The translations under genes and the position numbers were made by a program. A DNA stretch of 64,000 nt from Betaproteobacteria bacterium (GTDB lineage: Bacteria > Pseudomonadota > Gammaproteobacteria > Burkholderiales > SG8-39): the NCBI GenBank assembly GCA_947479645.1, contig CANKAJ010000007.1:559-64558 (forward strand), written 5' to 3'. Position 1 is the first letter of the stretch, and the number at the start of each line of letters is the position of its first letter. The notes under the pieces are model-generated. The model did no database searches. It saw only the letters and a list, made by a program, of their open reading frames with translations, and was not told the origin of the DNA. Below, one piece after another: positions 46,287-55,540 of this stretch.

Positions 46287-48626
46287 TCAGGCGTATTCGA
46301 GCGTATAGCTCAGCATGGCGCTCGGCCGTCCTGCTTTCGCTTCCTGTATGGCCTGCCACACCCGTTGCGGCGTGGCTGGCATGTCGAAATGCTTCACGCC
46401 CACCGGACGCAGCGCGTCCAGGATGGCATTGGACAGCGTGGGCAATGCGCCGGTGCAGCCGGCCTCACCCACGCCCTTGGCCCCCAGCGGATTGAGTGCC
46501 GTGGGTACCGGGTGATCGATGATCTGCAGTCCCTCGACCAAGACCGCGCGCGGCATCGGATAGTCCATGAAACTGCCGGTGAGAAGCTGGCCGGACTCAC
46601 GATCGTAGATGGCATGCTCGCCGAAAATCTGGCCCGCGCCCTGGGTGAGGCCGCCCTGCATCTGACCTTCCACCAGCGCATGTGTGATGACATTGCCGAT
46701 ATCGTCCACAGCGATGTAGCTGATGATGTCGGTGACGCCGGTTTCAGGATCGATCTCCACCTCGGCGATGTGCGCGCCATTCGGATAGGTCATGCCGTAT
46801 TTGTTGGCGGAGCTGCTGTCGAGCGGATGGGGATGGGTGCCCTGATGCTTTTGAATCAGGTTCTGCAGGCTGATCCTGCGGTCTGTTCCGGCAATGGAGA
46901 ACTCGCCGTGGTCAAAGGTGATGTCAGCGGGCGCGGCTTCGAGTTCCTTGGCCGCCAGTTCCTTGCCTTTCTTCACGACTTCCTGTGCGCCCAGAAAGAA
47001 AGAACTGCCAAAGCTCACCATGGAGCGCGATCCGCCGGTGCCACCGCCGCCGACACGCATGCCGGCCTCGCCGGTGCGCAGCTTGATGGTTTTCATCGGC
47101 AGACCCAGCACCCGCGACACCACCTGGGCGAAGCTGGTTTCATGCCCCTGGCCATGCGAATGCGATGAAGCGAACAGGCTCAGCGTGCCGTCGGCCTCGA
47201 AGCGCAGTTGGGCTTCGTCGGGAATGCCCCCCGCCGCAGTCGACTCAATGTAGGTGGACAGGGCGCGGCCACGCAGCTTGCCGCGTTTGGCCGACTCGGC
47301 ACGACGCTGCTCGAAGCCCTTCCAGTCGGCGGCGGCCAGCGCATCGTCCAGCACTGCCTCGAAGTCACCGCAGTCATAGGTGGTGCCATTGGTCATCGCG
47401 TAGGGGAACTGGTCCTTGCGGATGAGATTGTTGCGGCGAATTTCCACCGGATCCATATCGAGATCGATGGCGGCGCGTTCCACCAGGCATTCCAGCATCG
47501 TCGACATGATGGGGCGACCGGCGCCGCGGTAGGCGGCGACCTGCGCGGTGTTGGTGGCCACCAGCTTGATACGCGCGTGCGCCACCGGCACGTCGTACAC
47601 GCCGGTGATGCAACTGGTGACGCTGCGCGTCTGCGACAGCAGGCCGGTGGGGGCGAGATAGGCGCCGTTGTTGGCCACCATGTAGAAGCGCATGGACAGG
47701 AACTTGCCCTTGTCGTCGAGCGCCAGTTCGCCGTGGCAGATGAAATCACGCGCCTGATTGTCGGTCAGGAATGATTCCGAGCGCGAACCGTTCCAGCACA
47801 CCGGCCGGCCGAGCTTTTTCGACGCCAGCAGCGTCACGCAGTATTCGGGGTACACCGCCGAGCGAATGCCGAAACCGCCGCCGGTGTCCTTGGCGACGAC
47901 GTCCACCTTGTCCGTGGGCACGCCCAGCACCTTGGCCACCATGGCCGCCTGAATCCGCGGTCCCTGGGTAGGTGAATAAAGGAAGTACTGTTCTTTGGCT
48001 GCGTCATACTCGCTGATGCAACAACGCGGCTCCATCGGATTGCCGATCACGCGATGGTTGTACAAGTCGTGCTTTACGATTGTCGCAGCCTTTGCAAACA
48101 GCGCATCGGTCCCTGCCTGGTCGCCATCATCGTAGTCCCAGTACAGGTTGCCCGGAACATCGGCATGCACCTGCGGCGCGCCGGGTTTGAGCGCGTCCAG
48201 CGCATCGACCACCGGCGGCAGTTCCTTGTATTCGACGCTGACGAGTTCGGTCGCATCCATGGCGATCTGCTGCGTCTCGGCGATGACGCAGACCACCGCT
48301 TCGCCTGCCATGCGCACCTTGCCGGTGGCAAGGCAGGGGCGAAAAGGCAGCAGGGGTTTCATGGCGTCCGGCCGGGTCGGGATGGTCAGCACGGGCAGCG
48401 ATTTGAATCCGGCTGCCTGCAGGTCTTCACCGGTCAATACGGCGATGACGCCCGGGTGGGCCAGTGCGGCGCTGGCGTCGATTGACACGATCTGGGCATG
48501 GGCGCGGTCGGCCCGCAGGAACCAGGCATGCGCTGCCTGCGGAAAATCCCAGTCCAGCGAGTAAGTGCCGCTACCGGTGACCATGCGGTCATCTTCCAGC
48601 CGTCCGTGAAAATCGTCGTGGCTCAT
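46287..48626 (-). CDS. coxL: molybdenum hydroxylase large subunit, form-II CoxL-like (AYRGAGR active-site loop)
   Basis: 779 aa. The active-site loop AYRGAGR is encoded at 47514..47534 (gcctaccgcggcgccggtcgc on the minus strand), not the AYxCSFR loop of characterised CO dehydrogenases. Confidence 0.88.
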   Translation of the reverse strand: MSHDDFHGRLEDDRMVTGSGTYSLDWDFPQAAHAWFLRADRAHAQIVSIDASAALAHPGVIAVLTGEDLQAAGFKSLPVLTIPTRPDAMKPLLPFRPCLATGKVRMAGEAVVCVIAETQQIAMDATELVSVEYKELPPVVDALDALKPGAPQVHADVPGNLYWDYDDGDQAGTDALFAKAATIVKHDLYNHRVIGNPMEPRCCISEYDAAKEQYFLYSPTQGPRIQAAMVAKVLGVPTDKVDVVAKDTGGGFGIRSAVYPEYCVTLLASKKLGRPVCWNGSRSESFLTDNQARDFICHGELALDDKGKFLSMRFYMVANNGAYLAPTGLLSQTRSVTSCITGVYDVPVAHARIKLVATNTAQVAAYRGAGRPIMSTMLECLVERAAIDLDMDPVEIRRNNLIRKDQFPYAMTNGTTYDCGDFEAVLDDALAAADWKGFEQRRAESAKRGKLRGRALSTYIESTAAGGIPDEAQLRFEADGTLSLFASSHSHGQGHETSFAQVVSRVLGLPMKTIKLRTGEAGMRVGGGGTGGSRSMVSFGSSFFLGAQEVVKKGKELAAKELEAAPADITFDHGEFSIAGTDRRISLQNLIQKHQGTHPHPLDSSSANKYGMTYPNGAHIAEVEIDPETGVTDIISYIAVDDIGNVITHALVEGQMQGGLTQGAGQIFGEHAIYDRESGQLLTGSFMDYPMPRAVLVEGLQIIDHPVPTALNPLGAKGVGEAGCTGALPTLSNAILDALRPVGVKHFDMPATPQRVWQAIQEAKAGRPSAMLSYTLEYA

Positions 48627-48706
48627 AAGCGTCCTGTCCTTATCGTGAATGACTTCCGGAATATTGTAATAATCATTTCTATATTAATACCTGTTATTCC
48701 ATGAGC

Positions 48707-48738
48707 ATTAATTGTTTTATTGATATCAAACAATTAAT
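48707..48738. promoter_or_regulatory. 11-bp perfect inverted repeat ATTAATTGTTT-N10-AAACAATTAAT in the AT-rich spacer upstream of coxL
   Basis: Read directly. The right arm overlaps the stop codon of the acyl-CoA synthetase gene. Lies 81-112 nt upstream of the coxL ATG. Confidence 0.5.
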
Positions 48739-50299
48739 TTACCGCGCGTGATTTTCCGCCCCAGTATTTCTTGCGCAAGGCCGCCTTGTCCGGTTTGCCC
48801 ACGGGCGTCTGCGGCAGCGAATCAACATATTCCACCGATTTGGGCGCGTAGACCGGCCCCTTTTTGTCGCGGACCAGGCTGACCAGTTCCTCCGGATAGG
48901 GACGCATGCCTTTGCGCGGCACGATGATGGCCTTCACCGCTTCGCCCCATTTGTCGTCGGGCACGCCGATGATGGCCACCGCCGACACGCCCGGATGGGT
49001 GGCGAGGATGTCCTCGATTTCCTTGGGATAGACGTTGAAGCCGCCGGAAATGATCATGTCCTTCTTGCGATCGACGATGTAGTAGAAGCCCTTGGCGTCA
49101 CGGTAGGCGAGGTCGCCCGTGTGCAGCCAATCGCCCTTGAAGGCCTCGGCGGTGAGTTCGGGTTGTTTCCAGTAGCCGCTCATCACAATGGGGCCGCGCA
49201 CGCAGACTTCGCCGACTTCACCGTCGGGTACCGGCTTGCAATGCTCATCGAGCAGCGTGACCTGGATGCCGGGATAGGCCATGCCGCAGGAGGATAGCCG
49301 TTGCAGATCGTTTGGATCGTGATCGCACTGGCGCAGCACGGTGATGGAACTGGGTGCTTCGGTCTGGCCGTAGGTCTGGCACAGAATCGGGCCGAACACT
49401 TCGATGGCTTCGCGAATGCGCGTCGGCGAGGTCGGTGAGGCGCCGTACATGATGGACTTCAGGCTGGACAAATCCGTTTGGCGTGTGCGCGGGCTGTCGA
49501 GCAGCGCGTACAACATGGTCGGCACGCCGTAGAGAACCGATACACGGTGTTCGACGATGGTGTCGAGCACCCGGTCCACGTTGAAGCCCGGCAGCACGAT
49601 GAAGGTGCCGCCGCGCGACAGTGTCGGAATGATGTTGGCGCCGGCGCCATGCGAGATCGGCGCGGGACACAGGAAGACGGGCTTCTGCGGCCAGTCCTTC
49701 TCCAGCAGGGCCAGCAGCGCCTGAAACAGCATGGAGCGGCTGGACAGGATGACTCCCTTGGGCCGGCCCGTGGTGCCGCCGGTATAACCCAGGCGGATGA
49801 TGTCTTCCGGTCCGGTCTCGTTGACCAGCGGCGCGGCCTCGAAGGCGCTGGCCAGCGTCCAGAAATTTTCCATGCCGTCAGTGTCACCGTGGCTGAACCA
49901 GTGCTGCACGGTCGGGCAGAGCGGTTTCAGATCGCGCGCCTTCGCGGAGAAGTAACTATCGAACACGGCCACCACCGCCTCGCCGTCATTGACCGTGAAG
50001 GCGTGGTCTTCGTTGCTGCCCATGGCCTGCAGCGTCACGGACTTGTAGCCAAGCAGATAGCACGCCGCCATCACGAACCACTGCTCCGGCAGGTTGCGCG
50101 ACACCTGCACGATGGTGTCACCCTTCTTCAGTCCCAGGGATTTGAGCAGTTGAATGGCGCGGCTGATGCGCTCGCTGACGGCGCGATAGGTGTACTGCCG
50201 GTCTTCGCAGATGAAGGCGGTTGATTCCGGAAAACGATTCAGCGCGGCGATGATGAGCTCACCGAGCGTGCCGCCGCTGTACAGGAGGTTGTGATTCAT
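48734..50299 (-). CDS. AMP-dependent acyl-CoA synthetase/ligase
   Basis: AMP-binding signature LGYTGGTTGRPKGV, GYWKQPELT, TGDLAYRD and IISGGFNVYPKEIE. Confidence 0.9.
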   Translation of the reverse strand: MNHNLLYSGGTLGELIIAALNRFPESTAFICEDRQYTYRAVSERISRAIQLLKSLGLKKGDTIVQVSRNLPEQWFVMAACYLLGYKSVTLQAMGSNEDHAFTVNDGEAVVAVFDSYFSAKARDLKPLCPTVQHWFSHGDTDGMENFWTLASAFEAAPLVNETGPEDIIRLGYTGGTTGRPKGVILSSRSMLFQALLALLEKDWPQKPVFLCPAPISHGAGANIIPTLSRGGTFIVLPGFNVDRVLDTIVEHRVSVLYGVPTMLYALLDSPRTRQTDLSSLKSIMYGASPTSPTRIREAIEVFGPILCQTYGQTEAPSSITVLRQCDHDPNDLQRLSSCGMAYPGIQVTLLDEHCKPVPDGEVGEVCVRGPIVMSGYWKQPELTAEAFKGDWLHTGDLAYRDAKGFYYIVDRKKDMIISGGFNVYPKEIEDILATHPGVSAVAIIGVPDDKWGEAVKAIIVPRKGMRPYPEELVSLVRDKKGPVYAPKSVEYVDSLPQTPVGKPDKAALRKKYWGGKSRAVN

Positions 50300-50384
50300 T
50301 TCAGGCTTTCTGGAACTGTTGTTAAGGTTTCAAAATCAAACGGCACGCAAACCGGAGTCCGCATCGGGAAGCACCTCTTTCAAG

Positions 50385-50433
50385 CCCCGCCTTTTATGTA
50401 CGGATGGTTTGTATCCGTACATAAAAGGCGGGG
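50385..50433. repeat. perfect 21-bp-stem hairpin (CCCCGCCTTTTATGTACGGAT-N7-ATCCGTACATAAAAGGCGGGG)
   Basis: Read directly. Lies in the 300-bp spacer between the thiolase-like gene and the acyl-CoA synthetase gene. Confidence 0.9.
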
Positions 50434-50508
50434 ACGCAAGCGCAGCGCGCGAGTGGCCGCCAAAGTTGCTGCCAAAACCCTGCTTTGACGATGAACCCGT
50501 CCGCGCGG

Positions 50509-50557
50509 GTCATGATTTGTGCGCGGAAGATGAAGCCATCCGCACATAAATCATGAC
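50509..50557. repeat. 19-bp-stem imperfect hairpin (GTCATGATTTGTGCGCGGA-N11-TCCGCACATAAATCATGAC)
   Basis: Two mismatches in 19. Shares the core TTTATGT(A/G)CGGA with the hairpin at 50385..50433. Confidence 0.85.
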
Positions 50558-50600
50558 CTTTGGTAAAAGCCCTCTTTTTTGAAGCTGCTTCTTGTTCATT

Positions 50601-51833
50601 TCACTTCGACAATATGGTTGTGGCGGCGATGGCTTCCTCACCATCATAGGCGCCGCCGCCATTCTCCGCTGCGGCCAGACGCGCGCCGGGCACCTGGCGC
50701 TTGCCGGCCTCGCCGCGCAATTGCGTCACCAACTCGTGCATCTGGATGGCGCCGGTGGCACCGACCGGGTGTCCCTTGGACAATAGCCCGCCTGACGGAT
50801 TGACGGGTATTTTGCCATCCAGCCGGGTGTGGCCCTGTTCGGTAAAGGGGCCGCTTTCGCCGGCTGCGCACAAGCCGATGTTCTCGATCTGCTTCAACTC
50901 GCCAAATGACGACGCATCATGCACTTCGGCCACCGACAGGTCATGCGGGCCGATGCCGGCTTCTTCGTAGGCGCGCAGGGCAGCCAGCCGACCGACATTG
51001 TTTTCATTGTCTTCGGGTGCGTGGGAGATGCCGGTGGTGATCTGGCAGGCGAGAATCCGGATGGCGCGCTTGCGATCAAAGCGCTTGAGCGCGCGCTCCG
51101 AGCACAGCACGATTGCGGCGGCACCATCGGTCATCGGCGCGCACATGGAGCGCGTTAATGGCCAGGCGATCATCTTGTCGGCCAGCACTTCCTCGACGGT
51201 CATCGGAGTCTGGTATTGCGCGTAGGGATTGAATTGTGAGTTCCAGTGATTCTTGGCGGCAACATGCGCCAGTTGCCGGGGCGTCGTGCCGTAGCGCAGC
51301 ATGTGGTAACGGGCATGCGCGGAATAGCTGTCCATGAAAATGCTGCGTTCCACCTGCGCCTGTTCGGGCGGCAGCGGCAGGGCGCGGCTCAGTTCGATCA
51401 CGCCTTGCAGTTGCGCTTCACCCAGGTTGACGTCCATGGATCCCTTGAAGGCCTGAAACATTTCCTTGCGCTTGTCGGGGAAGTTCATTTTCTCGGCGCC
51501 CACCACCAGTACGACGTCGGCGGCACCCGAGCGCACCCAGTTGCGTGCAAGACTCAGGCCGGCGGTGGAACTGGCGCAGGCGTTATCGGTATTGAAGATG
51601 GGCACGCCGGCAATGCCGATCGGGCGCAGCGCCACCTGACCGCGGATATTGTGCTGACCCTCGAAAATGCCCTGGCGTGTGTTGCAGAACCACGCCGCCT
51701 GGATGTCTGCCACGGCGCAGCCGGCATCGGCGAGCGCCGCAGTCACGGCCCTGGCGCTCAGATCCTTGACGGACAGTTCGGTATGTTTGCCAAGCGGGGT
51801 CATGCCCACGCCGACGATATAAACGTTGGACAT
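50601..51833 (-). CDS. thiolase-family protein, SCP-x / BbsB-like
   Basis: MSNVYIVGVGMTPLGKH, active-site region NTDNACASSTAG, C-terminal NPSGGLLSKGHPVGATG. ATG 51833. Confidence 0.85.
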   Translation of the reverse strand: MSNVYIVGVGMTPLGKHTELSVKDLSARAVTAALADAGCAVADIQAAWFCNTRQGIFEGQHNIRGQVALRPIGIAGVPIFNTDNACASSTAGLSLARNWVRSGAADVVLVVGAEKMNFPDKRKEMFQAFKGSMDVNLGEAQLQGVIELSRALPLPPEQAQVERSIFMDSYSAHARYHMLRYGTTPRQLAHVAAKNHWNSQFNPYAQYQTPMTVEEVLADKMIAWPLTRSMCAPMTDGAAAIVLCSERALKRFDRKRAIRILACQITTGISHAPEDNENNVGRLAALRAYEEAGIGPHDLSVAEVHDASSFGELKQIENIGLCAAGESGPFTEQGHTRLDGKIPVNPSGGLLSKGHPVGATGAIQMHELVTQLRGEAGKRQVPGARLAAAENGGGAYDGEEAIAATTILSK

Positions 51834-51967
51834 GATGTGCTGCACCTTCTGTGATTATTGCGAAAGTTCAGCAGTCTAATATTTTTGGCGCGGCCATGCT
51901 TTGATTGAATCGCAATTCAATCGCATTCCGGCCTATTTCGTTGGTCACCGGGGATGTAACCCGGGAG

Positions 51968-52768
51968 TCAATCAGCGCTGACCTTCTGATACGAGTTCCT
52001 GCCGCCCAGCGCATCCAGCGTGGTGCCGGTGAACATGCGCGACTCGTTGGACGCCAGGAATACCACGACGCCGGCGATGTCTTCCGGCTCGCCACGGGAG
52101 AAGGGGTAGTTCTTTACCAGCAGCTTGCGAGCGATCAGGCGTGGGTCGGTTGCCGCGGCGGGGTTGTCGTCGTCCCAGCCGCTGGCGGTGCGCTCGGTGC
52201 GAATGCCGCCAGGAGCAATGGCGTTGGCGCGAATGCCGTATTGCGCATATTGCGCGGCCAGTGTTTTGGTGAAGGAAACGATGCCGCCCTTGGCTGCCGC
52301 GTAGGCGGGCCGCTCCGAACCGATCTGGCCCAGCACCGAGGCAAAATTGATGATGGAACCGCCACCCGCCTTGATCAGGTGCGGAATGCCGTGGCGGCAG
52401 CACAGAAACGGATGCAGCAGATTCAGCCCGATGGTCTTGTGCCAGATGTCCAGGTCCATCTCGTGCACAGGCACGTCTGCCGCCAGCGAGCCGCCGGCGC
52501 AGTTGACGATGATGTCGAGCCTGCCATAGCGCTCGATGACGGCGGCGACAGCGCGCTTCACGCTGGCATCGTCGGTTACATCGGTTTCAATGAAAATGGC
52601 CTCGCCGCCAGCGGCAACAATCTCCTGCTCGGCGGCCTTGCCCGTCTCGCGGTTGACTTCCAGCAGCGCCACTTTCGCGCCTTCCCGCACAAATGCCTTT
52701 GCTGATGCCTTGGCGATGCCGGCGCCGGCACCGGTGAGAAAGGCCACCTTTCCATCCAGTCTGCCCAT
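51968..52768 (-). CDS. short-chain dehydrogenase/reductase (SDR)
   Basis: LTGAGAGIAKA (TGxxxGxG), catalytic YAAAKGG (YxxxK). ATG 52768 with AGGAGG SD. Confidence 0.9.
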   Translation of the reverse strand: MGRLDGKVAFLTGAGAGIAKASAKAFVREGAKVALLEVNRETGKAAEQEIVAAGGEAIFIETDVTDDASVKRAVAAVIERYGRLDIIVNCAGGSLAADVPVHEMDLDIWHKTIGLNLLHPFLCCRHGIPHLIKAGGGSIINFASVLGQIGSERPAYAAAKGGIVSFTKTLAAQYAQYGIRANAIAPGGIRTERTASGWDDDNPAAATDPRLIARKLLVKNYPFSRGEPEDIAGVVVFLASNESRMFTGTTLDALGGRNSYQKVSAD

Positions 52769-52805
52769 CTGAATCCTCCTGATCGTGCGTTCTTTTTGGC
52801 CGCGC

Positions 52806-52829
52806 TTTTGACGACTGTTTTGACGGCTG
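52806..52829. repeat. tandem 12-mer TTTTGACG(A/G)CTG x2 in a divergent promoter region
   Basis: Read directly. Lies 38-61 nt upstream of the SDR start, on the other side of the xdhC promoter region. Confidence 0.8.
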
Positions 52830-53029
52830 TTCGCCGGATTCTTGCATTGACTGGAGTCCCTGCCCACCATTTTTTTCTGCATCATCATCAACACCGGCAT
52901 CGCATTGCACTCAGAATGGGTCGTAAAGTGGGGGCGGCAACTGCGACAATACTGGCAGGCCCGCTATTCTTGACCTGGGTGCGGGATATGACTAGGCTTC
53001 CCCCAACAGGGGTTCTCGGAAAGAGCATT

Positions 53030-54037
53030 ATGGATAGCGTTGATCTGGAAGTGGTTAAGACTGCGGTGCAATGGACCCGCGCGGGCCATCGCGCCACGCT
53101 GGGCACGGTCACCCACACCTGGGGCTCGGCCCCTCGCCCGGTGGGCGCCATGATGGTGATTCGCGATGACGGGCAGGTGGTCGGCTCGGTGTCGGGCGGC
53201 TGCGTCGAGGACGATCTTATCGACAAGGTGAAATCGCAGGCGCTGGCGGCGGCCAAGCCGGAGGTGACGACCTACGGCGTGACCCAGGAACAGGCCGTGC
53301 GCTATGGACTGCCCTGCGGCGGCACATTGCAACTGGTGCTGGAGCCGGTATCGGCGAATTCCAAGCTCAGTGAGCTGCTTGCCATTATCGAACGCCACGA
53401 ACTGGCGGCGCGCTTTCTCGACATGCAGACCGGCGCGGTGCGCCTCGAGCCGGGCAAGTGGTCCGACCTGCTTGAATTCGACGGCAAGGTGCTGAAGACG
53501 GTGCATGGGCCGAGCTGGCGCCTGTTGATCATCGGCGCCGGCCAGTTGAGTCGTTATCTCGCGCAGATGGCGCAGGCGCTCGACTACCGCGTCACCGTCT
53601 GCGATCCGCGCGAGGAATACGCCGCGGAATGGCCGCTGGCCGACGTGCGCATCGATCGCGGCTATCCCGATGATGTGGTGCTGGCGATGAATCCGGATGC
53701 GCATACGGCCGTGGTGGCAGTGACCCACGATCCCAAACTCGATGATGCGGCGTTGCTGGAAGCGCTGAAGTCGGCGGCGTTCTACGTCGGTGCGCTGGGT
53801 TCGAAGAAGAACAATGACACGCGTCGCAAGCGCCTGGCCGATTTCGATCTCGCCGCGCATGAGATCGCGCGCCTGCACGGTCCGGTGGGGCTGCGCATTG
53901 GCTCCAAGACGCCGCCCGAAATTGCCGTGGCTATACTCGCCGAGATGACGGCAGTACGCCATGGCGTGCAGATCCCGCAGACCGTGGAAGCCCCCAGGGT
54001 CAATGTCACCGCCGGCTGCGGCGTTCCACCGATTTGA
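53030..54037 (+). CDS. xdhC: XdhC/CoxI-family molybdenum cofactor insertion chaperone
   Basis: ATLGTVTHTWGSAPRPVGAMMVIRDDGQVVGSVSGGCVE N-terminal domain and LLIIGAGQLSRYLAQMA Rossmann-like C-terminal domain. ATG 53030. Confidence 0.85.
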   Translation: MDSVDLEVVKTAVQWTRAGHRATLGTVTHTWGSAPRPVGAMMVIRDDGQVVGSVSGGCVEDDLIDKVKSQALAAAKPEVTTYGVTQEQAVRYGLPCGGTLQLVLEPVSANSKLSELLAIIERHELAARFLDMQTGAVRLEPGKWSDLLEFDGKVLKTVHGPSWRLLIIGAGQLSRYLAQMAQALDYRVTVCDPREEYAAEWPLADVRIDRGYPDDVVLAMNPDAHTAVVAVTHDPKLDDAALLEALKSAAFYVGALGSKKNNDTRRKRLADFDLAAHEIARLHGPVGLRIGSKTPPEIAVAILAEMTAVRHGVQIPQTVEAPRVNVTAGCGVPPI

Positions 54038-54663
54038 CTGCGCAAGCGCCCATGCAGGCGGGCGCGCCTGATCCGGTATCGGCGGGGTTTGGGCCGGCAA
54101 CCTTGCGCGGCGTGCTGCTGGCGGCCGGTTCGTCCTCGCGTTTTGGCGCCAACAAGCTGCTGCACCCGCTTGCCGATGGCACCCCGGTGGCTGTGGCGAG
54201 CGCAAGGAATCTCATTGCCGCCATGCCCGGCAGCATTGCCGTGGTGCGCCCCGGTTCAGCGCAACTGGAAGAACTGCTGCGTGATGCCGGCTGCGAAGTG
54301 GTGGTCTGCCCCAATGCTGATGAGGGCATGGGCGTCAGTCTTGCCTTCGCCATTGCTGCGACATCGAACGAACCCGGATGGCTGGTGGCGCTGGCCGACA
54401 TGCCGCTCATCCGCGTCGATACCATCCGCACCATCGCCGCATGGGTGGGCGGCGGCGCCGTCATCGCCGCACCGGTGCAGCAGGGCAGGCGCGGCCATCC
54501 GGTGGCGTTCTGCAGCGTGCTGCGCGATGAATTGCTGGCCCTGCGCGGAGACGAAGGCGCGCGCGCAATCCTGCAGCGCTGGGCGCCATCGGTGCAGCTC
54601 GTTCAGGTCGATGATCCCGGCATACATCGGGATATCGATACGCCGGCGGATGTGCCGCGATGA
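54034..54663 (+). CDS. mocA: MobA-like nucleotidyltransferase, molybdenum cofactor cytidylyltransferase type
   Basis: GVLLAAGSSSRFGANKLL and LADMPLI. TTG 54034 overlaps the xdhC stop (alternative ATG 54052). Confidence 0.75.
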   Translation: MTAQAPMQAGAPDPVSAGFGPATLRGVLLAAGSSSRFGANKLLHPLADGTPVAVASARNLIAAMPGSIAVVRPGSAQLEELLRDAGCEVVVCPNADEGMGVSLAFAIAATSNEPGWLVALADMPLIRVDTIRTIAAWVGGGAVIAAPVQQGRRGHPVAFCSVLRDELLALRGDEGARAILQRWAPSVQLVQVDDPGIHRDIDTPADVPR

Positions 54664-54895
54664 GAAAATTATTTGTAATCAGTTATATGAAATAGCCATT
54701 TATTATTAATCTTCAGAACAACTATTAGTATCATCTTTCAGAAACGCACACGCTGCATCGCAGTGAAAATCATTCAAGCACATTATCCGGTTGCGAATGG
54801 GAGGCGCGAGGTTTGTTCGCTGCAGTTGGGAAACCTGCAGCAGAAGCCGCCAAAGGTGGGTAGCGGGATCTGGACCTGAGTTAGCGAGGGAAGCA

Positions 54896-55540
54896 ATGCG
54901 CGGTGGGCGATACAAGGCAAACGGGGTCGAGACAAAGTTTGAGTCCGGGTCTCGCGGGCGGGGGCTGCAGAACCTGATGGGTGTCCGTTCATTACGCGAG
55001 ATGAATCGCTTGGAGTATGCAGCACTGGTGGCAGTTACGGATCGGCTGATTAATGAGGTGACCGTGAATCAGCGATTCAGTACCGAAGATATTTGTCGAA
55101 TGCACCGGCTATGGCTGGAGAATATCTATGCCTGGGCCGGAGAGTATCGTCAGGTCAATATTGGGAAAGACGGATTCATGTTTGCGGCGGCGAATCAGAT
55201 AGCAAGGCTGATGCAGGAATTTGAGCGTGGACCATTGCGGATTTTTACGCCGTGCCAGATGACAGGCACTGATGAACAGGCACATGCGCTGGGGGTGGTG
55301 CACGCGGAACTGATTCTGATCCATCCATTTCGCGAGGGGAATGGACGATGCAGTCGTCTGCTGGCGATGCTGATGGCATTGCAGGCGGGGTTGCCGGCAC
55401 TGGATTTTGGTGGTCTACAGGGTAAGGCCAAGCGTGACTATATTGAGGCGATCCATGCCGCGATGGGTCGTAACTATGCACCGATTACGGCGGTTTTTCG
55501 TGCGGTGATTAAGCGGACGCTTCGCGCAGTCGCGCGCTAG
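54896..55540 (+). CDS. fic: Fic-domain protein (AMPylase-type motif), no internal inhibitory helix motif seen
   Basis: Canonical HPFREGNGR encoded at 55322..55348. ATG 54896 after GAGGGAAGCA. Lower GC than its neighbours. Confidence 0.85.
   Translation: MRGGRYKANGVETKFESGSRGRGLQNLMGVRSLREMNRLEYAALVAVTDRLINEVTVNQRFSTEDICRMHRLWLENIYAWAGEYRQVNIGKDGFMFAAANQIARLMQEFERGPLRIFTPCQMTGTDEQAHALGVVHAELILIHPFREGNGRCSRLLAMLMALQAGLPALDFGGLQGKAKRDYIEAIHAAMGRNYAPITAVFRAVIKRTLRAVAR

Noticed and set aside
44579-47168. Plus-strand ORFs 44579..45655 (358 aa) and 46173..47168 (331 aa) across the cox-like genes
   Set aside because: They are antisense to coxM, coxS and coxL, which carry FAD, 2Fe-2S and Mo-subunit motifs. 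They have no motifs of their own.
41172-48626. Calling the cluster a genuine aerobic CO dehydrogenase (cox) operon
   Set aside because: The large subunit has AYRGAGR rather than the AYxCSFR loop of verified CO dehydrogenases. Gene order is L-S-M, not M-S-L. The operon is contiguous with CoA-ligase, thiolase and SDR genes. The cox names are kept only as family labels.
52964-54205. 413-aa minus-strand ORF opposite xdhC/mocA
   Set aside because: A shadow frame. The plus strand carries clear XdhC and MobA-like motifs.
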